This document shows, one piece after another, positions 38,165 to 52,429 of a stretch of DNA of 64,000 nucleotides. Location: positions 5,357 through 69,356 of the forward strand of contig MCFE01000472.1 of the NCBI GenBank assembly GCA_002104905.1. Reading direction: 5' to 3'. This DNA comes from Basidiobolus meristosporus CBS 931.73. Lineage: Eukaryota; Fungi; Basidiobolomycota. Positions within the stretch are counted from its first letter, which is position 1. Every line of letters begins with the position of its first letter. The translations under genes were made by a program, and so were the position numbers. The notes beneath the pieces were generated by a model, which was not told the DNA's origin, made no database searches, and saw only the letters and a program-made list of their open reading frames with translations.

Positions 38165-38494
38165 ACTCCGCACGACCATAGCATATCCAAGTTTTGCAAG
38201 ACACCCAAACTTCAGTTTTAGGAATAAATCCATTTAGCTCACATTCACAACGCCCAATATTTTATTTTCGTGGACAACGCCATCTCACATCCACCTAATG
38301 TGCAGTGGCCTGAGGACACCAAGTGCAGAAAATACATTCGCTTCAGGATAGGTTCCCATTGGCTTCGCTGTGGAAGTACGATTGTTTTCAAAGCGAGCGA
38401 GAATTTATTGATATTTGAAGTTATGCAACATACGGCACGGCCTGGCCGAAAAACAGGTGCAATTTGTCTGCAACTAAATCGGGGCAAGTGTGTA

Positions 38495-41400
38495 CTAGAA
38501 CGTGGAGGCCTTGACAGGCACATTCTCGGAATCTGGAAAGTCTAAGCGAACAAATACACTACCGAATGGAATGAGTTCTCCGGCAAAATTTCGTAATTCC
38601 AAGTGTCTATAGCCTGTTTACAATAGTGAAGTGAGCCATCTGGGTAGGAAACATCCAACGGTGCAATGTTACCTGGCTTTATATTTCCCAACAGGCTCGA
38701 GTGGCTGGCAAGAAACTGATCACGATGGTAGTCTTTATCATAAATAGACACCCTATTGAGATGGTTATCGTTAGTGATGGGTCGCCAAAGATTGTCCATG
38801 GATAACATGGGCTTGTTTAACCTTAAGAAGCTTAAACCGAACTTCGGGACATTGAAAACGAATTTTTCATTCCATTGGGGATTGAATCCATTGTCCTCGA
38901 CCTTCTTCGTCTTGCTCTTCTGTGTCGGTGTCCCGGGGGTTATGACCTCGATTTCGCAGTACGGGTCCACTACTTCCCCATCCTCCGACTCTTGTGGCTT
39001 TGGTAATTGCTGTGCAGAGATGATCTAGGCAAGTGCGGAGAAGGATTAGCGCCATGCCTTACGGAACTGATGACTCTGGAAACACAGGTACCTCAACAGC
39101 TAGCACAGCGCTAGAGTTGGGTGTTACGCCATCTTTGAGGAGATATGCCGGTTTAAGGATATACCCACAGCCACCATTGCCTTTGAAAAGTGCTTGGTTC
39201 AAATCCATGGATCTATCTGTTTTCAACAACGAATCAGCTCCAAACCATCACTATCTGGTTGAAGGGACCAATCTACCGTATGTTTGATAGTTCAAAGCAA
39301 CCACTTGGCACCCGGCAGCCCAGTGCGGTGTTGGGTCGTAGTTGGATGAGTTCACACGTGTTCCAGATGGGTAGATCCTGCTCAACTGAAGCTGATTGTA
39401 CTTGATGTATTTGCCGAAGTCTTCCTCGCAGAATTTCAACGAAGTATGCTCCTTGAATGACGAGATCTCGTCGAATCGGCCTTCAATGCGAAGATCAGTC
39501 CTGAGAATGGCGAAAATCATTGACTGGTGAACTACATACGCTCCACACCATCAAAGCCCTGGAAATGCACCGCTTTGCAGTACACAACCAAATCCGAGAG
39601 GGCCTTGGCAACCTTGACTTTTTTGGTTTTCGGCTTGCCTACTCATCACATGGGGCATCAGTGTCTACTTTCAAATTGGTGTTCGCACCAGGTGGGCAAA
39701 TTGCTTACTTTCCGATGCGGCCTCTGAGTCGGAGGAACTGACCACCTCTTCGGACAACTCACTACGCACAATTTTTCCCTGGGATCAATTCAAATCAGCG
39801 GTGCTAATGACTTCCAAGTACATCGTTGTCTTCATACCTTGATCATTATCTTATTTTTAAGCTTTGTGGGTGAAGGCAATGAAATGCCAGCCACATCTAT
39901 GCTGGAGGTCAACAAGCTGTCGCCCAATATCTCAACAAGGATCGCAGCTATTCTCTCTTGCTGTGTCAAGGAGCAGTGCATCTCCAACGAAAGGATAAGC
40001 GGGTATGGGGACGCCACAAAACCATATTTCTTGATAGCTAGAATGACATCGCGAAACAGGATTTTGGATGTCCTGTGCGAAACGCATGTGAGGACCGAAT
40101 CAAATCGAGAGGGAAATACTTCTTACAGTGTATATCCGTGGTAAATAATGGGCTCTCCATCCGCTCCATCCCAGCAGTCCACTGAAATATAATCTACCAT
40201 CAGCCGAGGTTCAGAAATCCTGAAGAATAGTCAGCACATATTCTTACGCTCGACGCATCTACAGCCCATTCTTAATGCTCGGATGTAGCCTTCTACTGAG
40301 GACTCGCCCTTTAACTGGTCACTGAGAAGATAGCTATCGACATCGAGTTAAGGCATACTGCCAGTCTGTACAACTACACATCCCACTTACGTATTGTGTG
40401 ACGAGGCAATGTAATAATAACTCAATGGAAGGTCCATGTCTTGGTACACTCCCAGACGATCTTTCTTGAAGTAGTGGCCATCGTCCGATAAGAGATAATT
40501 CTCCAGCCCAGAGAACTCGACTAATCCCGTAGCCTCGTCGCAGTACTTGAGGTATACCTCGTTAGCTTCGGTGAGATCATGCTAAATGGCAAGTTAGCGA
40601 CTAGTGCAAAGCTCTGATATCTCCATCAACATACCACCTTTTGAATGTCCAGCAAAAAGTTCAGAAACTCCTGGCGGGTGAAACTCTCCGACCCGTCACT
40701 CACCAACACCTTAAATAGCTGGCGTAGGTCTTGGCGCTGTCGGCAAAAGTAAACCAGATTCTTGAACGCCTGGAAGTCCAGCTTTCCGCTTCCATCGGTG
40801 TTGACTTCCTACAGCAACGGGGGAATCATATTAAGGTTACGTTGGAAAAGAATCGGCCACTGAAGTCGTGGAAATACCTTGAACTTTAGCTTCAACAATT
40901 TGGAGGGGATGAAGATATTGAGCTGCTCAAACAGATTCTTAACTTCGGAGTAGTCCAATGTTTTGTCATTATTGCGGTCGGCCTGGGCCCATATTTTCTT
41001 TAACCAGCTCTCAAAGCGAACCTGTAAATAGTCCAATGCAGGCAACTTTTCTCCATACTCGCCGACCTCTCTCAAAGCATTCACCCAGACATTTCTAAGT
41101 TCGGAACTCGCAGCCACCAGATTAAGACTCTTGTATTCCCCCTTTTCAACATACACTATACTAAACCAACGGGATTTGTATAGGGTCACTTCGTTGGGCT
41201 TGAGTAGCGCATTAAAAATAAAGGCCTCCTCATCGGTCCGAACCTCCTTTATCCATTCGATGTTGACTGTGTTGAAAAGCAGCGTGCTTCTTAGTATATC
41301 TGCTTAAGTGATGCTAAAGGAAGTTTCGGGTACCTACTGGGACTTTCCACTTTTTACCAGAGTTCCATTCAATGCGATTCAGATCAGGATCAATGCGGAA

Positions 41401-41806
41401 CACTCTATCATGCTTGGCATTTGCGGAAACCTTGAGAAGTGTGTGAGGGGTAAGGAGGGCCGGAGGAAAAATCTTTGCTGCTTGGAAAAATAAAGATGGC
41501 ACTTAGTTTGAGTAAACCGCCACGCACGAAATTTTGAGGCTGACCTTGTGTGTGCGACACAGGATTAGACGGAGCACTGTCAGATATAATTGGTGCAGGT
41601 GTACTATCGACAGTCATATTTGGGATAACCGTATGCTCCATAGGCATATTCGGAACATTTGCATTCTCCGCAGGCATATTTGGAACATTGGCACCCTCAG
41701 AAGGCATGTTTGGTATGTTGGGTGGTTGAGCCGTCTGTTCAGAGTCAGGCATATTCGGTATGTTGGCTGTTTGGAAGGGGGTGTTGAACTGTAAAGACCT
41801 TTCCAT
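38495..41806 (-). CDS. PLC1: Phosphoinositide-specific phospholipase C (PH, EF-hand, X, Y, C2), multi-exon
   Basis: PH ([19 protein letters not shown]); EF ([14 protein letters not shown]); X box ([22 protein letters not shown]); Y box ([30 protein letters not shown]); C2 ([27 protein letters not shown]). Confidence 0.95.
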
Positions 41807-44800
41807 GGCTAAAGAAATGACTTGGTCGTAAATCCAATAAAGTAACAAGTGTGGATGCAGCCAAGTTCAACAAGGTGGATATAAGATTGGTGTAGGTAAC
41901 CAAAATCATACCAATAAAACCGAACATGATATACATGATTGCAAATATGATGCTAAATCATACATCTACGTCACACGCTACCGTTAAACAAAGTAGCCCA
42001 AACCCTAATCAGAACTGGTGTGTGCGCAGTAGATTCTTACCACCCTAGTTACCTCTGCTTCTGAAGTTAGCCTTTTTTTAAATTACAGGACTGGACATGG
42101 TTTCTGGGAACGAGTACAAATTGAATCTAGAAAAATATATGGAATAAAAGCAGTCTACCTACTACTTGTCAAGATGCATCAGAACTCCGCCCCAACCTTT
42201 GCACATTTTTAGAGACCTGAGTCCCAAACTGCAGCAACGTTTACCCTTGGAAGACTCTTGGCCTCAACCCCTTATTAGATATCAAAAATCGCAGGCCAAA
42301 GTGCAGTTTGTGTCTAGTCCCAAGTCATGCCGCTATTCCCTTCATATCATTCAGATGACTCACAAAAGAGCAGTGTCTGTCCATTGAACTGCCTAATTCC
42401 AGCCAACCGATCACGGCTAAAGCACCTGATTGCAGGCCAACCCAAATAACCTGAGCTCTAAACGCGGCTGACCAAATTGATCATTATATTCTACAGCACC
42501 TCCTGAATTTACCACCGTACATATGCCAACTGCCTATGCCCCAATCTATACCTAACCTCACCAGCACTTGGTGACCAATATGCTGAACACATCCTATTCA
42601 ATTTATCGTGTGTCATCAGAGATAGCCTGTTGATTCACTTCGTCAGCGGAATTCCTGCATGCGCTCCTAACACCAAGGCAGGCTGTAATTGCTCTATCAT
42701 TTGGACCGGGGATTCTACAGCTTAGGGCATTCTGCGACGTGTCGAGTAGAAAAGATACTGTCGCTGCTCTGGCCTAGTACTCTGAGCAGAAGGAGCTCCC
42801 CGCACGAACAAAGAATAAACATGCCTTTGTCTCACCATGGTGTTGAAGAGAATCACCATGGGGGATCATCTACAGAGTCAAGGCATGTTTCGAGTGTCGA
42901 GGCAGATGTTGGATGATTTCAACTGTCTACGTGTATGCCCTAGACTATTGGAATTAAGCATAATTATTGTTTCATGGGCATCTTCACATGTCCGCTGGCC
43001 CCCGGAGCCAACACCATTCGTCAGGAGGGACAGCTATGAGATTATCTACTCTTACGATTGTACAGCCGCCCGTTGATGTGCGAAATCTCAATTATTATGG
43101 TCCGACATCGAGATGGCGTCATCAATCTAGCCTGTCGCACACTCCGCATCCTGTTAACCATGACGGTGGTGCCAGCATCAATGCTTATGCTTCTGCGCAT
43201 GATTTCCGAGAGCATCATATGAACTAATTGTCCATGTATGTGACCCCTCGAGCATACAGTAGAGGGAGGTGAACACGACCAATGAACTGGGGCACTAGAA
43301 CAGCAGCAATGAAAACCAAGTCGCAATATGCCATTGGCGGCAAGGTGTGAGCAATGGTCGAATCAGGCCCCTCTCCCTCGGAAAGCTTCACCAATCAGGG
43401 TCTGGGAGGAACCTCTGAATTAATTAGGTGCCCGCCATTATTCCGCATTAATAGTTACCAGCCTTTCCCAATGCAGTACTGTCGATGTCTGATACGGGTA
43501 TGCCACCAATATTAATCGTAATTGAGCAGCCATTAATATGGACAATTTGGAGCAAGCCAATGGGTGCCACTTGTGGATAATCTACGCAGCATATCAAATA
43601 AATGGAAACGTTTTAACTTGAAATCAATTGGAACCACTGTGCCCCCAGGATTGGGTGAGATCCGATCAACGTACCTCATATTTCCTATTTCCCATCTACA
43701 TGATTGATACTGGTAATAGCTGGGAAAAGAAGGCCAGCAAAAGAAAATCAAATCCCCAATAGTTGTGCAACAGGTATTGGAGAATCTGATGTAGGCTGAT
43801 CGAGGTGCAAGTGAGAGCTTACCATTGGGGATGTGGTTGCAATTACTAGTGAAACATTAACTGTAGATAGAATCACCGCGGCCCCTGATGAAAAGGATAC
43901 AGCCAGCCGGCAGTTTGCGCATGAGCTTCGTTCACCCTTGAGCTCCATGCTAGAGCGACCCAAATACATCGGCAGGGTTGTGGTGCCAAGCTGTATCGCA
44001 GAACCGCGCCTTCTCAAGAAGTGGTCAGATTCCTTCGATTCTTATTTCGCCTGCTACTTCTGAGTTGGGTTACCCATATACTAGATTTATCTGGGTGCTT
44101 GCAAGTTACTAATGAGCTGTCGTACTTTATTGAAGTTACGAAGCAAGTGTCCCACTACAGATGGATCAGCCCAATTTAGCATTTTCATTAATCCCACAAT
44201 GCCATCGGATTCTGCAACCCCTATCCATGATGGTTGAGAATAATGCTCAGTGATGGCTGTCACAAAGCAAGAGATCATAGGGACGCCGGCATCTACTATT
44301 GTCGTGCAACATGAGTGAAATCTAATCCTGACTCACCCCTGGCCTTACTGTCATATGAAGTGCCACAGTGTTGCTCGAAGGGAGCTTGACATACATCTAC
44401 TCTTCCTCGCCAAATCTGGTCGGGTGTGGAAAGCTGCCTGGGCAAGTACTTACCTGGCACCACCTTATCCTCGGCCAAATCACCCATCCCTCCATCTCCA
44501 CCTATTGTCGGTAGAGTAGGTGAAGAAGCATTATGCCTCAAAACACCATTGCCCTGTCACAGTACGATGCTTTCATTGGCTCAGGACCTGCTCGGACGCG
44601 GATTTCCCGAATAGGACATGACTGCGATTCATATTGATATTTATGGTTGCTTCGGCCAGAGCACGTGGACATCGCTAAATTGTCTAAAGAAATGTCTAGT
44701 ATGAGGTGCTGCCTTCTGGATAGATGGTGTGAGCGAGCTGAATCCGACTCTAACGTAGACCCATATTTAGGCACTCGTTAATATCTCCATTCCATATTTG

Positions 44801-45501
44801 TGCCACATTAAGTTCTGCTTGTGTCCCCGTACTTTTTTCATTTGTAGCTTGATCGCACTACTTTGGTATCTTTTTAATTCATTCGTAATGATAGGAAATT
44901 CAGCTATCCATGATTATTCTTATCCTGATATTCTTTTTTGCACCAGTATATCCTGTGTTGATCCGCTGGTTTCCTGGGGAATGTGCTTCAGCTTCTGCCG
45001 TTCGTGGCAGATATACCACTGCTTATATAAACCGATTCCCCCTGGGATTCATACCTTTCTGTCATTGTTCATTGGTTTTGCTCAGGACAGTGAATTTTAG
45101 CTTTAGTATATCCACCTATCTGGACCCACCACTGTCGTCAATTACCTACTTTCATCTCGTCTCTGGTTGGTTCTCCCCCTCAAAGGTAAACAGCTAATAA
45201 TTTACTATGACGAAGTGGTACTGGCCTCCAGTGGTCTTGTTCTCATGGCCTAACCTGTTTGACGGTACAGCACACGATCGATAATAGATAAAGTCCTGCT
45301 TTTCTGTTTTCCTCCTCCTAAAGGCAAAACCACGCCATGTCCAGTTTAATGTTATTTGCCAAACGATCCAATATTTTCCGGAAGCCTAAGTCGTGCAAAG
45401 CGCATCCATTAACTCAGGAGAACCTGATGGCCCATAACATTCTGGTAGCTACAACACTTTGGTTTGGTATCAGAGTTCGTTTTCACACATCCCCTTTGTA
45501 G

Positions 45502-45819
45502 ATGCCGCCGGCAAAGGAGTCTAAACGAGCCAGAGTGGCACAGTACGTAAAGCTGCAAAGCAATTTCAACCAGGAAGAGAGGACACTGCACCACGCGGGA
45601 TCCAAATACTTCAAGGCTCCATCAATACATAGCTTGGAGGACTTACCTAGTCCACATGGTTACTACAGCAAAGATTTGGACGACTCTGTTTCCATGATGG
45701 GTCGTCGTAGGAGAAAAGTTAGACTGAGACTTTGGATAAACAGGATCATGCGGACTCTGAAGCACCTGGTGCCTAGAATGGGGAAAACACACAGCTATCA
45801 ATCACAGCATATTCTGTAG
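45502..45819 (+). CDS. Hypothetical 105-aa basic protein
   Basis: ATG-initiated ORF with coding-like composition and an NLS-like GRRRRKVR. No recognised family. Confidence 0.35.
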   Translation: MPPAKESKRARVAQYVKLQSNFNQEERTLHHAGSKYFKAPSIHSLEDLPSPHGYYSKDLDDSVSMMGRRRRKVRLRLWINRIMRTLKHLVPRMGKTHSYQSQHIL

Positions 45820-47325
45820 CCGATTCCAGCTACTTTGATCGTTGAAATACCAACCTCGACAAATCAATTCATCCCCCGCTATATCACCAGGAAGTTGCCT
45901 GAACACTCATCACACCACATGAATATACAATACATCCATCCGTTACCATTACCACCTACTATATATACCGTTATCCGCTTTTGTAAAACATCGCCAGTAT
46001 CGTGGAAAACTAATATTTGATTTGGCCATGCCCTTTCTACCTAATAATAATTCCCGTTTATCCATCCCCACAGTTGATCTACGAAGTAATAAACCGTTAT
46101 TCGACCACTTCAATTGTACACACTTTTGGTACACGGCGTGGTGGGCAGACCTGTCGACCATCATGTAAAGTCCGTTCTTTCCAAACAACGGCGAATTGAT
46201 CCGCTGTTTGGTTTGCGGCAATTCCACTGGGTCGGCGTCTTTACTGCGACGGCTGAGATGTAGAATCGATCGTACGCTACCAGTTCCAAATGGCCAGGAT
46301 TTAGTCTTGATCGTCTTTTCAATCTCCGTGACACACTCAACGAATCTAAGCGCTCTGATTGGGTCTTATAAGCTATTTAAACTTTGCACACCATCACGGG
46401 CATATATCGGCCTCCTCATCATTCTGATGAAATCAAATATAGCTAAGCAATCACCACCAGGCATTAACCCATATATTGGTTGTTTTGATGATGACTCGTC
46501 AATTAAACAATTTGCCGAAAAAAAACCAATTGATATTTCGATGCATCCCTCTTGCCAAACCCATCCCATCCCACCATGAAGTTAGTGCAGGCTATACCGT
46601 GATAACCTTTCCTTTCTAGGCAAGTACCATTAATTCCTGCCTAAAGCTTGGATCCATGTTGGCGCGGCGGCTGATTATTAATGGGTCGCTGTCAAGCCAT
46701 GAAAACGTTCTACTGGAACGTTGATACTCGCCCAGATAAGGTCGATGTGAAACGAGCTATGTCCTGCTTGCTCATGTCCCTTGAAACAAGAAGTCTCCAC
46801 TTAGTTCAGACGTTTAGAGTTGTTGTGCCAGGCTTACACCAGGGAATTTATATTGGTATCTAATTCAGACGAGAAACATTAACAAATCAGTTTTTTATTT
46901 ATATACAGGATAGATGTGACTAGGCTTGATCGGTGTGGTCACGCGTTCTCGAAAGTCACTATTTGTAGTAGCACATCGATATTAAGAATTTGGATCAATA
47001 TAAGCATTTCGTATCACTTGTTCGTCTTTGGACTGGCTACTGGGAAGAAAAACGACGTTGTACACCAATCATCTGGATCCCTGGATCTGTTCCTCAGCTA
47101 AAAACAACTCCTTATAAAAAAGAAACCGGTCCTGGCTTGCTTAGGAAATTTCATCTGAAATCTCTTTTCAACTCTTACACTTTATTCCTCACATTGTGAA
47201 TATCAAATCGCGTTAGAGTAGCAACAATATTACCATCGTAGTACCAATTTAATTGTATTGCCTCGTTCTAACAGTTCCTTGAGACACCCAACCACTTATT
47301 TTATTACCAACCCGTCTTGACGCTT

Positions 47326-48628
47326 ATGTCTGGATCTAATAATCTACCTCCTGTACAACAATACATGGGCTATCACGGCAACCAAGATCCGCAGCTTGTT
47401 GAGCCAGCACAACTTCCTCAAACCACAACGACATCCATAAATTCCCAGCAGAACCTGGCTCAGCATCAGCATCAACTACTTCAAGCCTTTTGGGGGAGTC
47501 AGCTTAGCGAGGTCGAGAATGGCCAGTTTGACTTTCGCGTGCACCAGCTGCCGCTGGCCCGAATAAAGAAAGTGATGAAAACGGACGAGGATGTCAAGGT
47601 AATCTCCACTCTGCAAATTGCTTCCCAATCGTCCATTGCTAACGCTTCCCTATCCTTATGTAACTTCCTCAGATGATTAGTGCCGAGGTACGTTGTGGGG
47701 AATCGATGCCGGGTTTTCCAAATCTCCCACTTAATGTTCTATTGTTTCTGGGGGTGCTCGTCTAGGCTCCGATCATATTCGCAAAGTCATGGTAATCCCT
47801 GAGATAAGGCACACTTCTCTGTTTGTACGCGTCTAACCTCGAGATTGAAATGCCCGTTTCGTAGCGAGATCATGATTCTAGAGCTGACTCTACGAGCATG
47901 GATTCATGCGGAGGAAAACAAGCGAAGGACCCTGCAACGTAGTGACATCGCCGCGGCCATCTCCAAAACCGACATGTTTGACTTTTTGATAGATATAGTC
48001 CCTAGGGAGGACTCCAGCCGAAACACCACGTCAGCAATCAAGGCAGAAAAGGTGGGTGAAAATGCAAATCCGAGCGTTTGATCTTGGGAACCTGACTCAC
48101 CATTGGTTGGCAGGTGGATTACCGAAACGTAGTCACGCCAGAGCAATCGTACCCGTACGCTGGCTACCCAATTTCACAGTATCAAGGTGTAAGTTTTCCC
48201 CCAGTGCAATTTGCGCCGGACCGTCCGTATACTCATCTGTTTCTCTAGCCTATGCCGCACGAACAGCGAATGGTTGATCCTGTCTTGAATTACCAGCAAC
48301 AAGTACATCTGTGGACCGCCCGTATTCACCCTTCCAGCACTAACTTTGCTCTATTTAGCAACAATTGGCCCAGATGCAGTACGCCAAAGCGCATAATCTC
48401 ATGATGCAACAGCAGTTTTTGCAGGGCAACCAGGGTGCGGCCCCTCCTGGTGGGAATATCAGCGGGAATCACCCAATGATCAACCCGACTGGATTGAGCC
48501 AGGATAATGTTGGCAACGGGCAACAGATGATGGGCCCCGATTATCAGCAGCAGTATTTTCAACAACAGTTCCAGCAGCAGTATCAACAGCAGCAGTCCCA
48601 GAAGTATCCACGTCTCCCTTCTCAGTGA
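47326..48628 (+). CDS. HAP5: CCAAT-binding factor subunit NF-YC/Hap5, multi-exon
   Basis: Histone fold [80 protein letters not shown]; Gln-rich C-terminus. Confidence 0.97.
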
Positions 48629-50088
48629 CCGAGAATTAAATTAGCCAATCTGTCCAAGGATATATCGTGGTGTAGGAACGGCTGAGTAGCGAGCGATGGT
48701 TGGCGCCGAATAAATTATATTTCCAACATTGCCTTTCCAGCACTCCAACTGATCCTGCAATGGGCAGAATACTGATTTACAATAGCTCCATCAAATGCCG
48801 TGGACATCCGTGTGCACATATTCATGACGTGCCTTTCAGGTCAGGGCCACTGGCTTTCGGTATAGTTGAGTTTGTGATCACGAATACTCGAGACTCTGAA
48901 TCATTGGGTCTATTCCTCGTATATCATTCGTATCAACGAGACAAATAAGAGTCGGTACAAGCCTCGCAGGTCGTCTGGCTCTGCCATTATTGATTAGGGA
49001 AAACACAAAGACCAATCGCTACCCTATGTGAGCACTTAGCTATGGATAAGCCTACTCTATTGGTCACCTCTGCAAAACACTCGGCAAATTTCATGATTAC
49101 TCTGCTATCGACTTCCTATCCAATCTGAAGTACGAGAGATAAAGGCTGATCTGACTTGATCGTATTGGGAGAAGTCTGTTGGTCCGTAGATTGCCATACG
49201 CAGCTGGACTGAAAATGGGTGGTACGTAGATTCTCATTCCCTGATCTCGAATTACCTGACAGCGGTGTGCAATTATAATTTATACGGTGCGGCGACAGCC
49301 GGAAAATGCAAGCGACATGCAGTGGCACATTCCATATAGGGTGCTCTGTTCGTTCCGATGACATTGCTGCTGAATCTTTCAGTGACACGAATTAATCCCA
49401 GTGTCTGTACATGGAAGCTAAAGGGACTGGGTATTGGGTTTCCAAAATCTTGCTTAAAATGGATTCGATATCATATATTTCCAATGACCTGGGATTATCA
49501 TCGAACGCAACGTAACGACTGAATGGTTAGAAATCCGTAAATATAGCTACTGCTTCTACGAGTGTCTCGTCCAATGGTCACTCTACGAAATCACCTAGTC
49601 TTATTCGTCAACTAACCTGAAGCTTAAGTGATTTTAGGACATGTTTCACCTGCTTTCTCTTCGATCCCAAGACCTCCCCACTGGAACGCTGAACTCCATT
49701 CAGCATAGTTACAGGCCTCGACGGCCATGTGAGATGCTGGATATTTCAGCACTTCTCTACGATCTCGTTTCAGAATGCTCGGTTAAACAAATTTCCTCAC
49801 TGTATCGTCCCTATTATTCTTTGTTCCTGGTGAATATGCTTAATTCAGGCAGTACATGGTTTAGTTGGCTGTTTATAGTATCGATAAAACCCGAGGAATG
49901 GTAATCCACAAGTGCCTCATTCCTCTACAAAACCAAATTGGGGTACTACAACAGGGGGAAAACAGTTGCTTGTTCATCGTGATTGTGAGTGACACTAGAC
50001 TTTAGGTCCTTTATTGGGCTCCACTACCTTCACCTCATCGGGCTGATACATCAAATAGATACTCGACAGGTCTGTGGCTTGACGGGAT

Positions 50089-51858
50089 TTACAACTTGGC
50101 TGGTCTGAGATTCATTCCGCCACGTACATCTGCATGTCCAAACACTTCGGGCGTAAACGTTCCGTGAAATCCATAGGGTACGTGGTGCTTTAAATGAATG
50201 GTGGCAATTGGTCCATTTGCTAGATTTTTAGCATCCAAAATAACGAAGTCTGTCATGTGTTGTTTAGGTAAGTAGACTTGCGCCAATACCCAACCATCAT
50301 CCTCCTCATTGCCGCTCGAAGAGTACCCATCTCTTGGAACAAAGACAGGTTCTCCCACAACACCATGTGATTTCCAAAGTTCGGTGTTCTGTGATTCTCG
50401 GTCATACTTCAGGATGGAAGTAAACGGTATCGGGTTTTGCTTGTCGTCAGAAGCAACACAATAAGAGTATCTGGTGTAGATGCCATGGCGGTACGGATGT
50501 ACGGATGGGAACTCTACGCTGGCCACATGGGCTTTGCGTTGGGTGCATTTGCAATCAATCAAGTCAATATCAAAGCTTGAAAGTACTCCAGGCTCAACGC
50601 TGTAGTTACTGAGAAAGACACCTTTATCGAAATTCATGTTGAAGTTTTTCCCTAAGGTTACCGCCTCGAATGTCAGCCTAGTCGGTTCCCCGTTCTCAGA
50701 TCCTTCGCTTATCTCTGCTATATTGGTAAAGTGGAAGATATGGCAAGGATCTACATCCAGCTCCAACCATGGCTTGTTCCCGAGCAGTTTCTGATACTCA
50801 GGGCGTCGTGGAATAGCTATAATACGACTTGGAAGATCCGCATAGTATTTCATACTCTCTCCTGGCGAGTTAAGCCCCAGTACAAACTGATAAAACAGCC
50901 AACGTGATATTTTAACAAAGGGAGACATGTGAACCAAGTAGAAGTGTTTGCTCAACAGAAAATCATGCGCATAATTTAATCCAGGAATATTGAAAACCTT
51001 ATCAGCAAAAGAGGGTTAAATTTGGATGACTCGGCACGCGCCATGTAAGGAATCGTAAATGGTTTACCTGGTTGTATTTTAGTTCCCATTTACGCCCATA
51101 CTCATTAATTCCAAGTCTAGGCTTTTCATTGCCAAGTCCCGGCTTCACGGATAAAGTGACTAGAGAATCCTGGCTTGGGTCGTATCTAAAATGAGCTCCA
51201 AACGATCGTAGCGTCAAGGTGTTCCTCAAATCATCTCTACCAAGGGTTTCTAAGGTAACAGGATCCAGACAATGTGGAAGGCCAGTTTCATAAGAAGTCA
51301 ACAGTTTTCCTTCCCAGTAGAAGACGTTAGTGTTGGAGGGATTTCGGTAGTTCATTAAGCGGCGAAGATTCTCATTTTTCCCCCCACTTGGAGTTATCAT
51401 GTACTTGGTTAGATTCCAAGTGTTTTGCACGACTCCTTGGGGGTTGGTTCCCATTCCACCACGATATTGCAGCTTGGACAGCTTCTGCTCCACAAGCCGA
51501 TGCTCTGTTTGGACAAATCGAGACTTGAAATGAACCTCACCTGCGCCGGTAAAAGTCAAGGCACATACTAAACCATCGCCGTCAATTGGATGCTTTAGCT
51601 TTACCCCGCCAATTTCATCATTACCAGGACCTACGTAGAAAGGCACACATTTGTTAACTATCATGAATTGGAGTTGATTTTAAAACATCTCGCACCATTT
51701 CGAAAGAACGTCCCATAAAGCCCAACTGGTAGTGTACCGCTGATATCAGCTTCGGGTATCCAATAAGAAACTTCCTCACGTGCCTGCTTTTGCCAACCAC
51801 GATTCACCTCTTGGTTGGTGAAAGTGTCTTCCTTCTCTGGGTACCCCATAGTATTCAA
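50089..51858 (-). CDS. Carotenoid/stilbene cleavage oxygenase (RPE65/CCD family), 3 exons
   Basis: GTLPVGLYGTFFRNG/PG, HPIDGDG, NPSNTNV, four iron-ligand His contexts (FGAHF, AHDF, FHF, YGFHG), GEPVFVPR...EDDGWVL. Confidence 0.93.
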
Positions 51859-52429
51859 ACGAGTGTCAGTTATCTTGCGGAGATGGTGCTACAATGGAAA
51901 CAAATGGGAGCTACCGACCCTGGACAAGGTATTATTGCAATATATACAATCCATCATACTGTATGTTCGCAATTACAAGTTTCACATGGAATGATTTCAG
52001 GTGACGACTCGTTGGATGAGACCGTCAAATTACCATGTCATGTATCATATTTGTCAGCTAGGCTAACCTATGATAACCCACTGGAGTAGAGATTGATGAA
52101 TATCACATTCAGCAGAATTGCTTCAGAGACATCATATCTGGCGTAACATTGCAGAATGGTAAGGCTCAAGGGGCGTGGTGGCTCATCATCATGAAAGCAA
52201 TAGTTTTAATAGGAGTTTACTACCAAGATGCTCAACTTCCTGGTTACCACTAGTTGAGATATGCTCATTGATATAGTGTATTGTTGCTGGCGCACATTGT
52301 TAGAATATTAGACAAAACCTAACTTCTGGGTCAATGTTCACCACTTGGAGTGGAATTGCTTAATTTATACTTCATAGAGCTTTGTTAACCGAAATATTCT
52401 ACAAATTGCTTATTTTTACCAGTGCCCGC

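Noticed and set aside
43908-43945. FAHELRSPL resembling a histidine kinase H-box
   Set aside because: It lies in an isolated 76-aa ORF with no HATPase N/G boxes nearby, so it is probably chance.
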